Positions 27,873 to 38,394 of a DNA stretch of 64,000 nt are shown piece by piece; within the stretch, counting starts at the first letter, position 1; the number at the start of each line of letters is the position of its first letter. A program made the translations under genes and the position numbers. The notes under the pieces were generated by a model. The model did no database searches, was not told the DNA's origin, and saw only the letters and a program-made list of their open reading frames with translations. The stretch spans positions 16,051 through 80,050 of IMG/VR virus record IMGVR_UViG_3300025122_005335; one strand, 5' to 3'. Source of the DNA: a virus.

Positions 27873-28433
27873 TCAACTAGTAATTATTCTGTCGTCATAC
27901 TCAATAACTCCTTTATCATCACGATACTTCGCAATCTCATTACCACGATAGTCCCAAAAGTTCTTATGCTCAGCATCAGAAATAGAATCTTTGTAACAGT
28001 CTGTAAAACAATTAGGAGTCTCATACAATCTAATATGATCAATCCACAAGTGCTGATATGGAGCAAACAAAATATTTTGAGCTAGGAACACTTCTTTAAC
28101 TAAATTCTCTACTGATGGGTTACAATATTCTTCACCACCACTTAGTGACATTTTATACAACTTACTATCTACACTAGCAGCGGCATCAATTAAAAGAGTA
28201 TCTTTAGGATTTAAAATAGCTCCATGATCTAAAATATCATCAATCCATTGACAACCTACACGCTTAATCTCTTTAAAATCAATAGCGTAACCAATATCTT
28301 CCATCTGACTAAAACCAAATGTTAATTCAAATAGGTACGTATGCCCATGCACATTAAAACATTTCATACGCTCATTCATCACTCGATGCATTGAATCAAA
28401 TGTCCCTTTTCTTGTTATTGTTTGTTTACTCAT
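27873..28433 (-). CDS. queD: 6-carboxy-5,6,7,8-tetrahydropterin synthase QueD (canonical CxxxHGH)
   Basis: FDSMHRV, KCFNVHGHTY, IDFKEIK, LDH, NPSVENL, RLYETPN. Confidence 0.9.
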   Translation of the reverse strand: MSKQTITRKGTFDSMHRVMNERMKCFNVHGHTYLFELTFGFSQMEDIGYAIDFKEIKRVGCQWIDDILDHGAILNPKDTLLIDAAASVDSKLYKMSLSGGEEYCNPSVENLVKEVFLAQNILFAPYQHLWIDHIRLYETPNCFTDCYKDSISDAEHKNFWDYRGNEIAKYRDDKGVIEYDDRIITS

Positions 28434-31020
28434 TTTCTGCTAAAATACTAAATAAGTCGCACTGTACTGCTTGATTGGGTAAATAACATTTCCAATTTAC
28501 CGCATTATAAAATCTTTCTAAAGGTGTAAAAATTAATTTTTCGTATATTTTGTCGTAGTTAGGTTTAAAATATTCATCAAATTCTTTTGGCCATTCATAT
28601 TTGTATGCTATAGCATCAATATTATACCTATTTGGTTTTTTAATGTAAAAATACCTCACTTTATCCCCTGATGCAATGCTTTCATACTTTTTATCAAGCT
28701 TATGTAATTTTAGCATTTTATTATAAAAATATGCTGCTTTACAATGTATAGGCATACCTTTAACTGTTTTCATTCCATCACATTGTCCCGCGTATTTTTC
28801 GTATCCTCTAATACCCATAACTGTTGCTATTTCTGTAATAGGTAATGATTTGAATTTTTCATACACTTCAGCCATAGCTTCATTTGTTTTTTGATAATCT
28901 TGCGTTTTAAGCATTATTTGTATGACATTTTTCATATATGGTTTTAATGAATTAGGTAATGTTGTTCTAACTACTTCTACCCCCGTATATTTTGTTTTGT
29001 TTATTTTTGCACCTTCATCATCCAAAATATTCATCACATATCTTTTTTTCTGCAAAAACACACCCACTTCTCCAATACATTCTCGTTTAAACAAAAATCT
29101 ACAATCTTTACTATTAAACGTTTTTTTACCCCACTTTATAATTTCATGATTTAGATACTTTACTAACTCAATTTCCATTTTATAAATGTCATCATGAACT
29201 TCCCCTTTTTCGTTTTTAAAGTTTAAACCTAAATGTTTAATCAAAAGTTCAATTGATGCATATGATGAATCTGTATCATTGTAGATAATTGGATCATTTG
29301 CTTTCAACTCTTTGTCACTCAACCCAGTTTTGTTTTTAATATAGTTTCTGATAATTATATTACTTTGTTTGATTACTGCTTGCCCTGTTAGTGTTACTGA
29401 TGATGCAATATCATCATCACCAACTGGTGCGTTTTTATTCCCAAAGTAACCGTATATTGAGTTAATTAAAATTTTAATTGTAAGTTGTTTTGTACCTAAA
29501 CGCTGTACATCGACCCCGGTTTCCTCATAGTCCGGATCTCTTTTTTTCATTACTGCATGTTTCTTTTTTAGTTCAACATATTCATCTTTTACTACTAACC
29601 GTTTACTATAGTAGTAATCTAAAATTTCTGGAATAATTCCCTTTTCTTGTTGATGAAATACAATATTTGCTTTTGATATTGTTAACTTATAATCTTTTAC
29701 CATTTTTATGAATTTAGGTATTGTAAATTCCTTTACTTTACCGTTTACCATTTCCATCACCACTTGATTGTCAGTTTTTTCTAAAATTTTTCCAACTTTA
29801 GTTTCTGGTGATAAGTTTAATGATATCATTACATTTGGGTATAGACTGTTTGCATCAAATGATAAAATGTAATTTTGAAACCCTTGTTGTGGTTCACTAA
29901 CATATGCACCCGGGTTCTTACCAGTATCCTGACCTCTGATAAATGTAGGTATGATTTGTTGTTTGTGTCTTGCTCGTATACAAAATGCCCCGTTGATTAC
30001 AGATAGTGCCCCCATTGCTGCATCAAATGTAACACACCCAACATATGCTAACATTCGTATTAAACCCAAATATTGTAATTTTATTTCTAATTTTACTAAC
30101 AAGTTTACATCCTGAATATTATAATCAATAAATTTGTTCCAATCTTTATCAGATAATGTTGCAAGATCCATTCCTTCAAATTCTACTTTTCGTTCACCTA
30201 ATTCTTGTTCCCCAATTGCATCTAGTTTATATGATTCTCTCAAAGGTGCAAATTTTTTGTATATATCCAAATAATCTAACAAAGCAATACCTTCAATATA
30301 CCACCTTATTTGTTGTCTACCAAAAGCACCTTGAAGACTTCTATAATATACATTTTTTACAGGAGATAATCTTTTCATCTGTTCTTCACCCATAATTCTT
30401 TCACATCTTTTAACAATATAAGGAATGTCAAAAAATTCAGAGTTCCAGCCACTTAAAATATCTGGATAGTCATTTTCTAAATAATCTAAAAATTTACTAA
30501 ACAATACTCTTTCTGTTTCGCAGTAAGTATATTTTAAATTTTTCCTACCCTTACCTGTATATTCTTTGGTACCCCAAGTATAAAATTTATTTTTCAAATT
30601 ATCATAAACCGTTATGACATTTATTGGGTGGTTGGCATTTTCAATATTAGGAAACCCATCAGGTGAATAAGTTTCAATATCCAATAACAACATTTTTATG
30701 GGATGTTTTGTAAATTCATCTGTCTCGTTTACTTGCCAAAAATTATCTAACAAAAATTGTTGTTTGATTGGTAAATTTTCAAACAATCTTTTAATTTGAT
30801 TGTTTCTAATAAATTGTCTTCTTTCTGATTCTCTTTTAAATGTAACCTTTCTTAGAGGGCTTTTGAATATAGACGTTGCATTTGAATGTCGTTTGTCTTT
30901 TGGTTCAATATACAAATATGGGTTATAACTTTGAATTACTTCAATTCTTTTTCCATCTTCATCCCAAGTAAACAGTCTCATTTGTTCTTGAGAAGGTTCA
31001 TAAACTACATTCCTATACAT
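28426..31020 (-). CDS. family B DNA polymerase (T4 gp43-like)
   Basis: Exo DIET, GWNSEFFDIPY, YNIQD; Pol FDANSLYP, KILINSIYG, YNDTDS, KKRY. Confidence 0.98.
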   Translation of the reverse strand: MYRNVVYEPSQEQMRLFTWDEDGKRIEVIQSYNPYLYIEPKDKRHSNATSIFKSPLRKVTFKRESERRQFIRNNQIKRLFENLPIKQQFLLDNFWQVNETDEFTKHPIKMLLLDIETYSPDGFPNIENANHPINVITVYDNLKNKFYTWGTKEYTGKGRKNLKYTYCETERVLFSKFLDYLENDYPDILSGWNSEFFDIPYIVKRCERIMGEEQMKRLSPVKNVYYRSLQGAFGRQQIRWYIEGIALLDYLDIYKKFAPLRESYKLDAIGEQELGERKVEFEGMDLATLSDKDWNKFIDYNIQDVNLLVKLEIKLQYLGLIRMLAYVGCVTFDAAMGALSVINGAFCIRARHKQQIIPTFIRGQDTGKNPGAYVSEPQQGFQNYILSFDANSLYPNVMISLNLSPETKVGKILEKTDNQVVMEMVNGKVKEFTIPKFIKMVKDYKLTISKANIVFHQQEKGIIPEILDYYYSKRLVVKDEYVELKKKHAVMKKRDPDYEETGVDVQRLGTKQLTIKILINSIYGYFGNKNAPVGDDDIASSVTLTGQAVIKQSNIIIRNYIKNKTGLSDKELKANDPIIYNDTDSSYASIELLIKHLGLNFKNEKGEVHDDIYKMEIELVKYLNHEIIKWGKKTFNSKDCRFLFKRECIGEVGVFLQKKRYVMNILDDEGAKINKTKYTGVEVVRTTLPNSLKPYMKNVIQIMLKTQDYQKTNEAMAEVYEKFKSLPITEIATVMGIRGYEKYAGQCDGMKTVKGMPIHCKAAYFYNKMLKLHKLDKKYESIASGDKVRYFYIKKPNRYNIDAIAYKYEWPKEFDEYFKPNYDKIYEKLIFTPLERFYNAVNWKCYLPNQAVQCDLFSILAENE

Positions 31021-31028
31021 GTGAGTTA

Positions 31029-31063
31029 ATTATAGTTTACTCTTCAAATATTTCAAGTAAATA
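31029..31063. promoter_or_regulatory. back-to-back early (TTGAAA-N16-TATAAT, -) and late (TAAATA, +) promoters
   Basis: attata 31029-34, tttcaa 31051-56, taaata 31058-63. Confidence 0.78.
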
Positions 31064-31068
31064 ATACT

Positions 31069-31938
31069 ATGAATGAAGGTCTGCTAGAAGGATTAAAAGA
31101 AATACCCAAAATAATAAACTTTACTTGGAAAGATAAAAATATTAGGGATAATAAACACCCGGTTATACAGAATGGGTTAAAAAGGATGATTGAGATAAAT
31201 CCGGATTGGGATGTTGTAATTAGTGATGACGATGATATAGAAAAGTATCTAAAAGAAAACTTGTCTTTAAAAAACTATACTGATATTAAAGATAGACACG
31301 TTGTTGAAAAAACAGATTTGTGGAGACTTGTAAAGTTATACAATGAAGGAGGGGTATATCACGATTTGGACAGATATTGTAATATTCCTATGAATTCAAT
31401 TATTACAAAAAATGTAAAATTTGTTTTACCAACACATGAAGATTATGGGTTTACTCACTGCTTTATGGCTACATCACCTGAAAATCCTATATTTTTAAAA
31501 GCCATTCATGATAATATTAAAAAAAGAAAAGATTTAGGAAGCAAAGAAATGGTAAATAAGGTATTGATATTGGGTGCAGTTACTTGGTGTGAAACCGTTT
31601 TTAATACTCTTTTTGATTATACAGATTATTCATACTATGAAGAAAATAATGGTGTAGATTGGAGGATGATGGAGGATGATATCAGACAACCACTACATGC
31701 ATGTAAATACACAACAACTTATAGAGAAGTACCCTGGAATTTCACCATGACATTTTGTCTTAGTGCTGATAAAGGGTTAAAACCTGCAGGTGCTTTTGAA
31801 GTTAGTAAAAAAATTGCAAAGCAAGAAAATGGTGAATTTTTAACTTACGATCAACAAGAATTGTTTTATGACTATAGACGTGACTTCTATAATACTTTTA
31901 AAATTAAACATTGGGCAAAAGAGAATAAGATCCATTAA
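31069..31938 (+). CDS. GT32 / DxD-type glycosyltransferase (OCH1-like)
   Basis: IPKIINFTW, NPDW, KTDLWRLVKLYNEGGVYHDLD. Confidence 0.85.
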   Translation: MNEGLLEGLKEIPKIINFTWKDKNIRDNKHPVIQNGLKRMIEINPDWDVVISDDDDIEKYLKENLSLKNYTDIKDRHVVEKTDLWRLVKLYNEGGVYHDLDRYCNIPMNSIITKNVKFVLPTHEDYGFTHCFMATSPENPIFLKAIHDNIKKRKDLGSKEMVNKVLILGAVTWCETVFNTLFDYTDYSYYEENNGVDWRMMEDDIRQPLHACKYTTTYREVPWNFTMTFCLSADKGLKPAGAFEVSKKIAKQENGEFLTYDQQELFYDYRRDFYNTFKIKHWAKENKIH

Positions 31939-33164
31939 ATTTTATTCTCTTTTAATGAGTTGAGGTGTTTGCGTTCTGGTGCACCATGTGGAAATTTATA
32001 TGATTCATAGAATTTTCCTATGTTTTGTGGTTTTTCTAAAAATCTAGATTCAGCAAAGTTTCTACCCTTTACAGATTCTTGAATAAATCTTCTTTCATCT
32101 TTCAAAACGAGGTTGATTTGATCGATCATTTCATCACCTGTTTTAAATTTAATGGGTGCATTTTCATATGTACAAATATCTTGACAAGCAATTGGTAGAC
32201 CATAGCAACTTGACTCTAAATGTTTTAGATCGCTCTTAGATTTGTTGAAGTTATTATCAATTAATGGGGCCACCATCATATTACCATTTAAAGTATAAAC
32301 TTTTTCCGGATAATCGAATAACTCACACCATGGGTGATATTCTATTTTACCGGTTTGTACTAAATCTACTAAATTACGCGGTATAGCTCCTAAAAATACC
32401 CACTGATAGTCTTTTATTGTCTTTCTAATAACGTCATTAACATGGTGGAAGTCATCTTTACCTTTTACTCTGTTATCTACATCAATGTGTGCACCCGATC
32501 CAGACCAGATAACTCTAGGTTTGTGTTTATTACGTTCATAATCTCTTTCGATTTTGTCTCTGTTATAAAAATTACCCATCCAAAATTTAGGAACATAATT
32601 CGGTATAACTGTTATCTTAGCATTATCTAACTTAGATGAATAATAGTCTTTCATAAACTTGCATGTTACTGTCATTTCATCGCAAAGTTCCATAATTTCT
32701 TGGATGCCTTCGCGAATTTCGTCGTCTGTAAAAGCAAATTTATATTTGTTGTAGTCAGGTATATCTTCTCTAAATGCTAAATCGTCGATTTCATAAATTA
32801 ATCTAAAACCTACTTGAGATGAAATTTCTTTTAGGTACTTTACAAACTTTCTTTGGTCGGGTGAAGCTTGTCGTTGAACTTTGATTGATTCTGTATTTCT
32901 GTAATGTTGTGGGTCGATTGTCATACAGGTAGAGGTGTGTACCATGCATTTACCGCTTGCATTTAGTAAGTATTCGGGCCATATAATTCTCCAAAAACCA
33001 CATCCACCGTAATCGGCGACATAATTCATAAAACGAGAAACAGGTGCAGGTTGATTATCTACAGGTATAGGGTTAGGTTGTTTAGTTTGTAGAGCAAAAT
33101 TAGATTGATATGGGTTTGATTTTGCAAAAGGTTGACCACCTTGCATAAATGGTGATTGAAACAT
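31935..33164 (-). CDS. GT-B fold glycosyltransferase with Q/P-rich N-terminus
   Basis: GCGFWRI, YEIDD, VIPNY, VAPLIDNNFNKSKSDLKHLE; TAAATA 33173-33178. Confidence 0.75.
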   Translation of the reverse strand: MFQSPFMQGGQPFAKSNPYQSNFALQTKQPNPIPVDNQPAPVSRFMNYVADYGGCGFWRIIWPEYLLNASGKCMVHTSTCMTIDPQHYRNTESIKVQRQASPDQRKFVKYLKEISSQVGFRLIYEIDDLAFREDIPDYNKYKFAFTDDEIREGIQEIMELCDEMTVTCKFMKDYYSSKLDNAKITVIPNYVPKFWMGNFYNRDKIERDYERNKHKPRVIWSGSGAHIDVDNRVKGKDDFHHVNDVIRKTIKDYQWVFLGAIPRNLVDLVQTGKIEYHPWCELFDYPEKVYTLNGNMMVAPLIDNNFNKSKSDLKHLESSCYGLPIACQDICTYENAPIKFKTGDEMIDQINLVLKDERRFIQESVKGRNFAESRFLEKPQNIGKFYESYKFPHGAPERKHLNSLKENKI

Positions 33165-33186
33165 GTTTGATTTATTTACTTACGTG

Positions 33187-35001
33187 TTAGTCTTTATCAA
33201 TTTCTGTATACTTAACTCTTCGAGTAATTCCATTGCTTTTTTCCAGATATATTACTTCACCTGTAGCAGCTTTAACACTTTCTTTCCTATGACTAATAAC
33301 ATATACACATTCCTTATATTTTTCTACTCTTTCTCTTAAAATAGATGTGACTAAATCTACCCCTCTTTCATCTAGACTACTATCAAATAGTTCATCATAG
33401 ATACTAAAGTTAAACGTTACGTCTCCTTGAAGTCTTCTAATATCCATGAAAGCAAACAAGCATGCTAAATCGATATTTTTTCTTTCTGCACCCGAAAAAT
33501 TAAAATAAGAACAGAGTTTATTTTTTTCATTTATAATTTGTTCTTCAAAATATTCATTGAAAATACAAATACAATTACTGTCCATCTTTTTTAAATAATA
33601 AGCAAGTTTTTGATTGAAGACGTGTAAAATTTGTTTTACAATATATGATTTCACACCTTCTTCTGATACAATATATTTTACAACATCAAACATGTTAATT
33701 TTCTTTTTAACTGTTTCGAGTTTTGATTTTATCTCTTTAACTTTGTTATTGTAATTGGTAATTATGGTATCTAAATTTGTATCTTCTGAATCTAATTCTT
33801 TTATATCAACCTTTAGTTGATCTTGCCAATCGAGAAGTTGCTTTGCTTTTTGTTTTAGAAGTTTTTGATTGGTTAATTCATCATTACCTCGTTTAATTTT
33901 TTTACGAAGTTTGTTAATACCCCTATTCAGTTTGTCTTCGTCAGAAACCACCGAATTATAATCTTTAGTAAATGTTTTAATTTCGGATTCAACATCGTCT
34001 ATACTTTTATTAGTTATTTTTATTTCATTTTTTATATGGTCTTTATCGTCGTTATCGATTTGACGTAAACAAGTGGGGCATATTTCTTCGTTTGTACCTA
34101 TTTTTACTAAATTTGATTTTAATTGGTTGCGTGAAGCTTTTAGTTCACTTATTTTATCTCTTTTTACGGTTTTTATTTTATCTAAATCTTTTAATTTATG
34201 TTCAAACTTGGAAATAAGTTTTTCATTTTCTTCAATTATTATATCTTTTATGTTCAATAACTTATTTTTTATTTCTAAAAGTTCGTGTTCATTATTTTTT
34301 TGGCGGGTTTTATATTTTTCTTTTTTATTTTTACGTTCTTCTACTATTTGTATTTTTTGATCTTTAAAATTATCTAAAGAAGTAACATTTTCATCAAACC
34401 TAGTTGATTCTATATCAAAATCTTTTTTGGTTTCATTATAATCGTTTCTTAAATGTGAAATCATGTCACCAAAAATTTGTAAATTGAAAATACCTTCTAT
34501 AAATTTTCGTTTTTCTACCTTCTTCTTAGCCATAAACGGTATAGTATTGTTTACAGTCATAATAACACAATTTTGAAAAACATCCTCACTACAATAAATT
34601 AGATCTTTAATAAATTCGTTTGTATTAATAATTGAATCTCTTGTTATGTCTTGTTCATTTTTGTAAATGTAGCATTTTGACGGGGAAAGGGTTCTATTAA
34701 TGGAATACGAATTGGTTTCCTGTGGGGTAACAACTTTGAAATTTATAAGTACCGAACATGTAGTGTTAGTAAGATTGTTAGGTATGAGTTCTTTCTTTAA
34801 ATCTCTTAAAGTGGAGCCAAATATAACAAAATTAATTGCATCAGCTATTGTACTTTTACCTACACCGTTTCTTCTGTCTTCTTTATCTTTATTAGAACCC
34901 GTAATAATATTAAACCCGCAATTGAACTTTACCTTTACTGGGTCATTACCTACTGAGAGAAAATTTTGAATAGTAACATCTTCGAAGAAGATTTGCTTCA
35001 T
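33187..35001 (-). CDS. SbcC/Rad50-like recombination nuclease ATPase subunit (gp46)
   Basis: NFLSVG, RNGVGKST, zinc hook CPTC, FSGAE, YDELFDSSLD, VISH. Confidence 0.95.
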   Translation of the reverse strand: MKQIFFEDVTIQNFLSVGNDPVKVKFNCGFNIITGSNKDKEDRRNGVGKSTIADAINFVIFGSTLRDLKKELIPNNLTNTTCSVLINFKVVTPQETNSYSINRTLSPSKCYIYKNEQDITRDSIINTNEFIKDLIYCSEDVFQNCVIMTVNNTIPFMAKKKVEKRKFIEGIFNLQIFGDMISHLRNDYNETKKDFDIESTRFDENVTSLDNFKDQKIQIVEERKNKKEKYKTRQKNNEHELLEIKNKLLNIKDIIIEENEKLISKFEHKLKDLDKIKTVKRDKISELKASRNQLKSNLVKIGTNEEICPTCLRQIDNDDKDHIKNEIKITNKSIDDVESEIKTFTKDYNSVVSDEDKLNRGINKLRKKIKRGNDELTNQKLLKQKAKQLLDWQDQLKVDIKELDSEDTNLDTIITNYNNKVKEIKSKLETVKKKINMFDVVKYIVSEEGVKSYIVKQILHVFNQKLAYYLKKMDSNCICIFNEYFEEQIINEKNKLCSYFNFSGAERKNIDLACLFAFMDIRRLQGDVTFNFSIYDELFDSSLDERGVDLVTSILRERVEKYKECVYVISHRKESVKAATGEVIYLEKSNGITRRVKYTEIDKD

Positions 35002-35023
35002 AAAATATAATTATACGTATATC

Positions 35024-35782
35024 CTATGAGGATCTACTTTTATTTTTTAGTTTTTGTATGATATCTTTTTTAGAAAAAACATCAATTAAATCTTTTATTT
35101 CACATTTGGTTTTCATATAAAAGACTTTCATACCTCTTAATACTCTCTCTTCTAGATCGTCTTTATATCTTTCCACGTGATCATGAAATATTATTTTATT
35201 TTCTACAGATGTTACGTGTGGAAACCAAAGAAACGGTGTGGATAAGTTTTTTTGTGATATTCTGTACGATAAATCTGACCACTCCATTGCAGCTCTATAC
35301 CTTTCATCAAAAAATCCCACTTTCTTAAAAATATCTTTATGTAAATAAACTAAATTAGCAGCGGTTCCATAATTTAATGTTAGTGTATTGTCTCCTAAGT
35401 CTATAGTTAGTCGTGTATTTTCATCTAACCCTCTTGGATCATCTTCATTATCACAAAAATATAAAGCTTTTAACTTTGTTTTATTGGCAACGTCTATGTA
35501 ATCTTGGAAAACACTGTCATCAATTATTTCTACTGTATCATTTATTATAAAAACGTGTTCAATAGTTTCATCTTTTAGTAGTTCCCTAATTCCCATATTG
35601 TAACAAGCACTTGGGTACTTGGTATACGTGGGACTTATGTATTTTTTTACGGACTTGTTAAAATCAGTTTTTTTACCGTCGTTCACAACAACGGTTTTGT
35701 CTAAAACCGGTGTGAGCCCCCTTAAACACTTTTTTAATTGAGAACCACCTAATGTTAAAACAACTATTCCTATTCCTTGCAT
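35024..35782 (-). CDS. GT2-like glycosyltransferase
   Basis: IGIVVLT, VVVNDG, YNMGI, VGFFDERY..AMEWSDLSYR; DxD degenerate (INDT). Confidence 0.75.
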   Translation of the reverse strand: MQGIGIVVLTLGGSQLKKCLRGLTPVLDKTVVVNDGKKTDFNKSVKKYISPTYTKYPSACYNMGIRELLKDETIEHVFIINDTVEIIDDSVFQDYIDVANKTKLKALYFCDNEDDPRGLDENTRLTIDLGDNTLTLNYGTAANLVYLHKDIFKKVGFFDERYRAAMEWSDLSYRISQKNLSTPFLWFPHVTSVENKIIFHDHVERYKDDLEERVLRGMKVFYMKTKCEIKDLIDVFSKKDIIQKLKNKSRSS

Positions 35783-36831
35783 TGTTTATATAAATCTACT
35801 GTATATTCTATTACTTCTTTTTTGTTGTTAACGTCTAACATGTTTATAAAATTGGTAATTGCTGTTTGATAATCTACACCCGAGTATTCGTACTCTAATT
35901 CACCTTCTACAGAAAATTTATTGTAATTAATTTCGTAATCAACAGTAATTGTGAAGGGTTTTAGGTTGTTTAAACATATCATGATGATATCTAAGTCGTC
36001 TGCTTGTACGTTTTTATCAATAACCAACTTTATTATATTGCCCTTTATTAATTTTCTTAGTTCAGGGGTTATACCATCGAAGGAAATAAGCTCACTTAGT
36101 AATATTTTTTTGTGTTTTGGCGATACCGTGTTTTTATAAAAAACAGGTTCTTGTATTTTATCAAAATCCAAAATATAGAACCCTTTTTCGCTTTCTGCAT
36201 CTCCAAAATCCATTTGGAATGGGTTACCTAGGTAAAGAATTTTACCATCTTTAAATTTACGTTCATCTTTTAAGTGAAAGTGCCCTGTAATTACCATTTT
36301 TGATTTTTTTAATAGAGAATGGGGGTTATCTCCACTGTCACATACCTTAAAATTGTTCATTTTAAAATTTTCTAGCTCAAAATGGCCAAATATAAGATCA
36401 GATTTTGGTATTTTTTTAATTTGTTCGCCCCAGGGTACAAAAGTTATTGTTTTATTGTGAATTTCTTCTGTGTGTAGCTTGTCAATAACGCTTATATTAT
36501 TCCAACCATTCAATAATGACAGTGAATTAACGCAACTAGTATCTTTATAATAGCAGTCGTGGTTACCGGTGATCATTACGATGTTATAATCCTTTAATAT
36601 ATCAAAAAATTGTTTTGCAATTTGTAGACTGTTAACAGCTATTTCATCTCTGTAGTGAAATAGATCACCACAAATCATAATATCTTTTATTTTTAATTTT
36701 TTTAAGTTTTTATCTAACCATTTACCCCAATCAAGCAGAATTTTATGCCAATTACTCTTGTTTTGGTGGATTCCTAAATGTATGTCTGATATGCAACAAA
36801 TTTTTGATTGTTTGAAATTTATAGTAACCAC
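35770..36831 (-). CDS. SbcD/Mre11-like nuclease subunit (gp47)
   Basis: SDIHLG, GDLF, GNHD, GHFE, GHFH, YLGNPFQMDFGD. Confidence 0.95.
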   Translation of the reverse strand: MVTINFKQSKICCISDIHLGIHQNKSNWHKILLDWGKWLDKNLKKLKIKDIMICGDLFHYRDEIAVNSLQIAKQFFDILKDYNIVMITGNHDCYYKDTSCVNSLSLLNGWNNISVIDKLHTEEIHNKTITFVPWGEQIKKIPKSDLIFGHFELENFKMNNFKVCDSGDNPHSLLKKSKMVITGHFHLKDERKFKDGKILYLGNPFQMDFGDAESEKGFYILDFDKIQEPVFYKNTVSPKHKKILLSELISFDGITPELRKLIKGNIIKLVIDKNVQADDLDIIMICLNNLKPFTITVDYEINYNKFSVEGELEYEYSGVDYQTAITNFINMLDVNNKKEVIEYTVDLYKQCKE

Positions 36832-36856
36832 TTTAAATATAATATATTAATTACAA

Positions 36857-37864
36857 ATGAGTACAACCCTTGTTACAGCAATTTATTATGGAGAAAGAGA
36901 AGGTGAGTTTGGAGGTCGGTGTTGGCAAGAGCAATACTATTTTTCTTCTTTTCAAAACATTTATAATTTTAACTTACCCACAGTAGTTTTTTGCGATAAG
37001 CGCGGCTATGAGAAAATTTTAAAATATTTTGACTACTTAGATTATATTGGTATTCCAAATAAATGGACAATCATTGTAAGCGAATTAGGAGACTTTAAAT
37101 TTAAAGATATTATAGGTTCACATAGAACTAGAGTTATTGAGTGGGAAAAGAAACAAACAGAAATAAGAAAAAAAGAAAACCCTGACGAACCTGGATTTTT
37201 TCATGCTCGTTGTGAAATACTTTGTCACAGAAAACTTTATTTTGTAAAAGAAGTAGCAGAAAAGAACCCGTTTAATACGGATAATTTTGTATGGGTTGAT
37301 TCCGGGTGCACCCATTGGGGATTAAACCCACATAGTTTAGGTGGTGTGGAAATTAATAACTTTTTTAACAAAAAACATTATTACCCATACAATAAAAACA
37401 ACGTGTTTACACCTGATGTGGGTAAAGGTATAGACAATTTAATTACTAAGCACAAATTTGTTGAAACCAAACATGGTAATCTTTGGTATAATTTACACCA
37501 CGTTAAGCTTTTGTCAAAACTATTAGAAACAGATTATGGTTTTGAAGAATCAAACAGTCATCTAATACACCAATTAGTTGGTGGTGTGATAGGAATTCAC
37601 CCTAGTGAGTTTAAACCGTTATTTGATTTCTACGAAAAGGCTTTATTACTTTTAACTAGTACAGAACCACCTAACACGGACTTTTTTACAGAAGAAATTA
37701 TTTTATCAGCTTACTATAAAATAAGAAATCAGTTTACGTTAGATTTTGAGGAATGGAACCATGATGTAAAAAGCGACCCAAGTTGGGTTGATTTCGGTGA
37801 TGAAGACCGAACACGGGTAAAGTGTTTTTACAAAGTATGGGACGAGTTTAAACAATTCGCGTAA
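36857..37864 (+). CDS. HtrL/WlaTC-like putative glycosyltransferase
   Basis: TLVTAIY, KLYFVKEVAEKNPFNTDNFVWVDSG, GGVIG, TEEIIL. Confidence 0.72.
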   Translation: MSTTLVTAIYYGEREGEFGGRCWQEQYYFSSFQNIYNFNLPTVVFCDKRGYEKILKYFDYLDYIGIPNKWTIIVSELGDFKFKDIIGSHRTRVIEWEKKQTEIRKKENPDEPGFFHARCEILCHRKLYFVKEVAEKNPFNTDNFVWVDSGCTHWGLNPHSLGGVEINNFFNKKHYYPYNKNNVFTPDVGKGIDNLITKHKFVETKHGNLWYNLHHVKLLSKLLETDYGFEESNSHLIHQLVGGVIGIHPSEFKPLFDFYEKALLLLTSTEPPNTDFFTEEIILSAYYKIRNQFTLDFEEWNHDVKSDPSWVDFGDEDRTRVKCFYKVWDEFKQFA

Positions 37865-38350
37865 TCAATTATAATAGGCCTCATTTTCGTCCGTGGGTTT
37901 AACATAAACTGTTGTTTGTGCGTTTTGGCCATCGTTTAACGACTCTTCGTAAATTCTTTCTTTATATTCATTAAGAGCTTCATGGTGTCGTTTTTCTTTT
38001 TTAATTCGATTAATAAATGCATGAAACGCAATTGTAGTAAAATATGAAAAAGGATTGTATTTGTTACCATTTGAATCTGTTGCTTCTAAATTGAATTTTT
38101 TATTGAAAAGAGCTGTAAACATTTTTACAACTGCATCACCGATCATTTCATCTTTGTAGCTATAATTTATAAAATTAGGCGCATAACTTAAACCGTGAGC
38201 AATTTTTGTTATCATTTCACCAAGCTCATTTCCACATACGTCGGTTTTATAATAAGTTGCAATTGCTTCTTTGAATTCTTTTGAATTAACGTAATGTTCT
38301 TTACTTTTAGGTTTAATTTTAACGCCGTTTTTAGGTTTTTTTGCTTGCAT
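37865..38350 (-). CDS. late-transcription sigma factor (T4 gp55-like)
   Basis: HYVNSKEF, IAHGLSYAPNFINYSYKDEMIGDA, NPFSYFTTIAFHAFINRIKKEK. Confidence 0.95.
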   Translation of the reverse strand: MQAKKPKNGVKIKPKSKEHYVNSKEFKEAIATYYKTDVCGNELGEMITKIAHGLSYAPNFINYSYKDEMIGDAVVKMFTALFNKKFNLEATDSNGNKYNPFSYFTTIAFHAFINRIKKEKRHHEALNEYKERIYEESLNDGQNAQTTVYVKPTDENEAYYN

Positions 38351-38361
38351 GGCTATCTTTA

Positions 38362-38389
38362 ATTATAATATTGTTATGTATAAGTTCAA
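38362..38389 (-). promoter_or_regulatory. early promoter TTGAAC-N16-TATAAT
   Basis: 11 nt upstream of the gp55 ATG. Confidence 0.75.
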
Positions 38390-38394
38390 CACTA

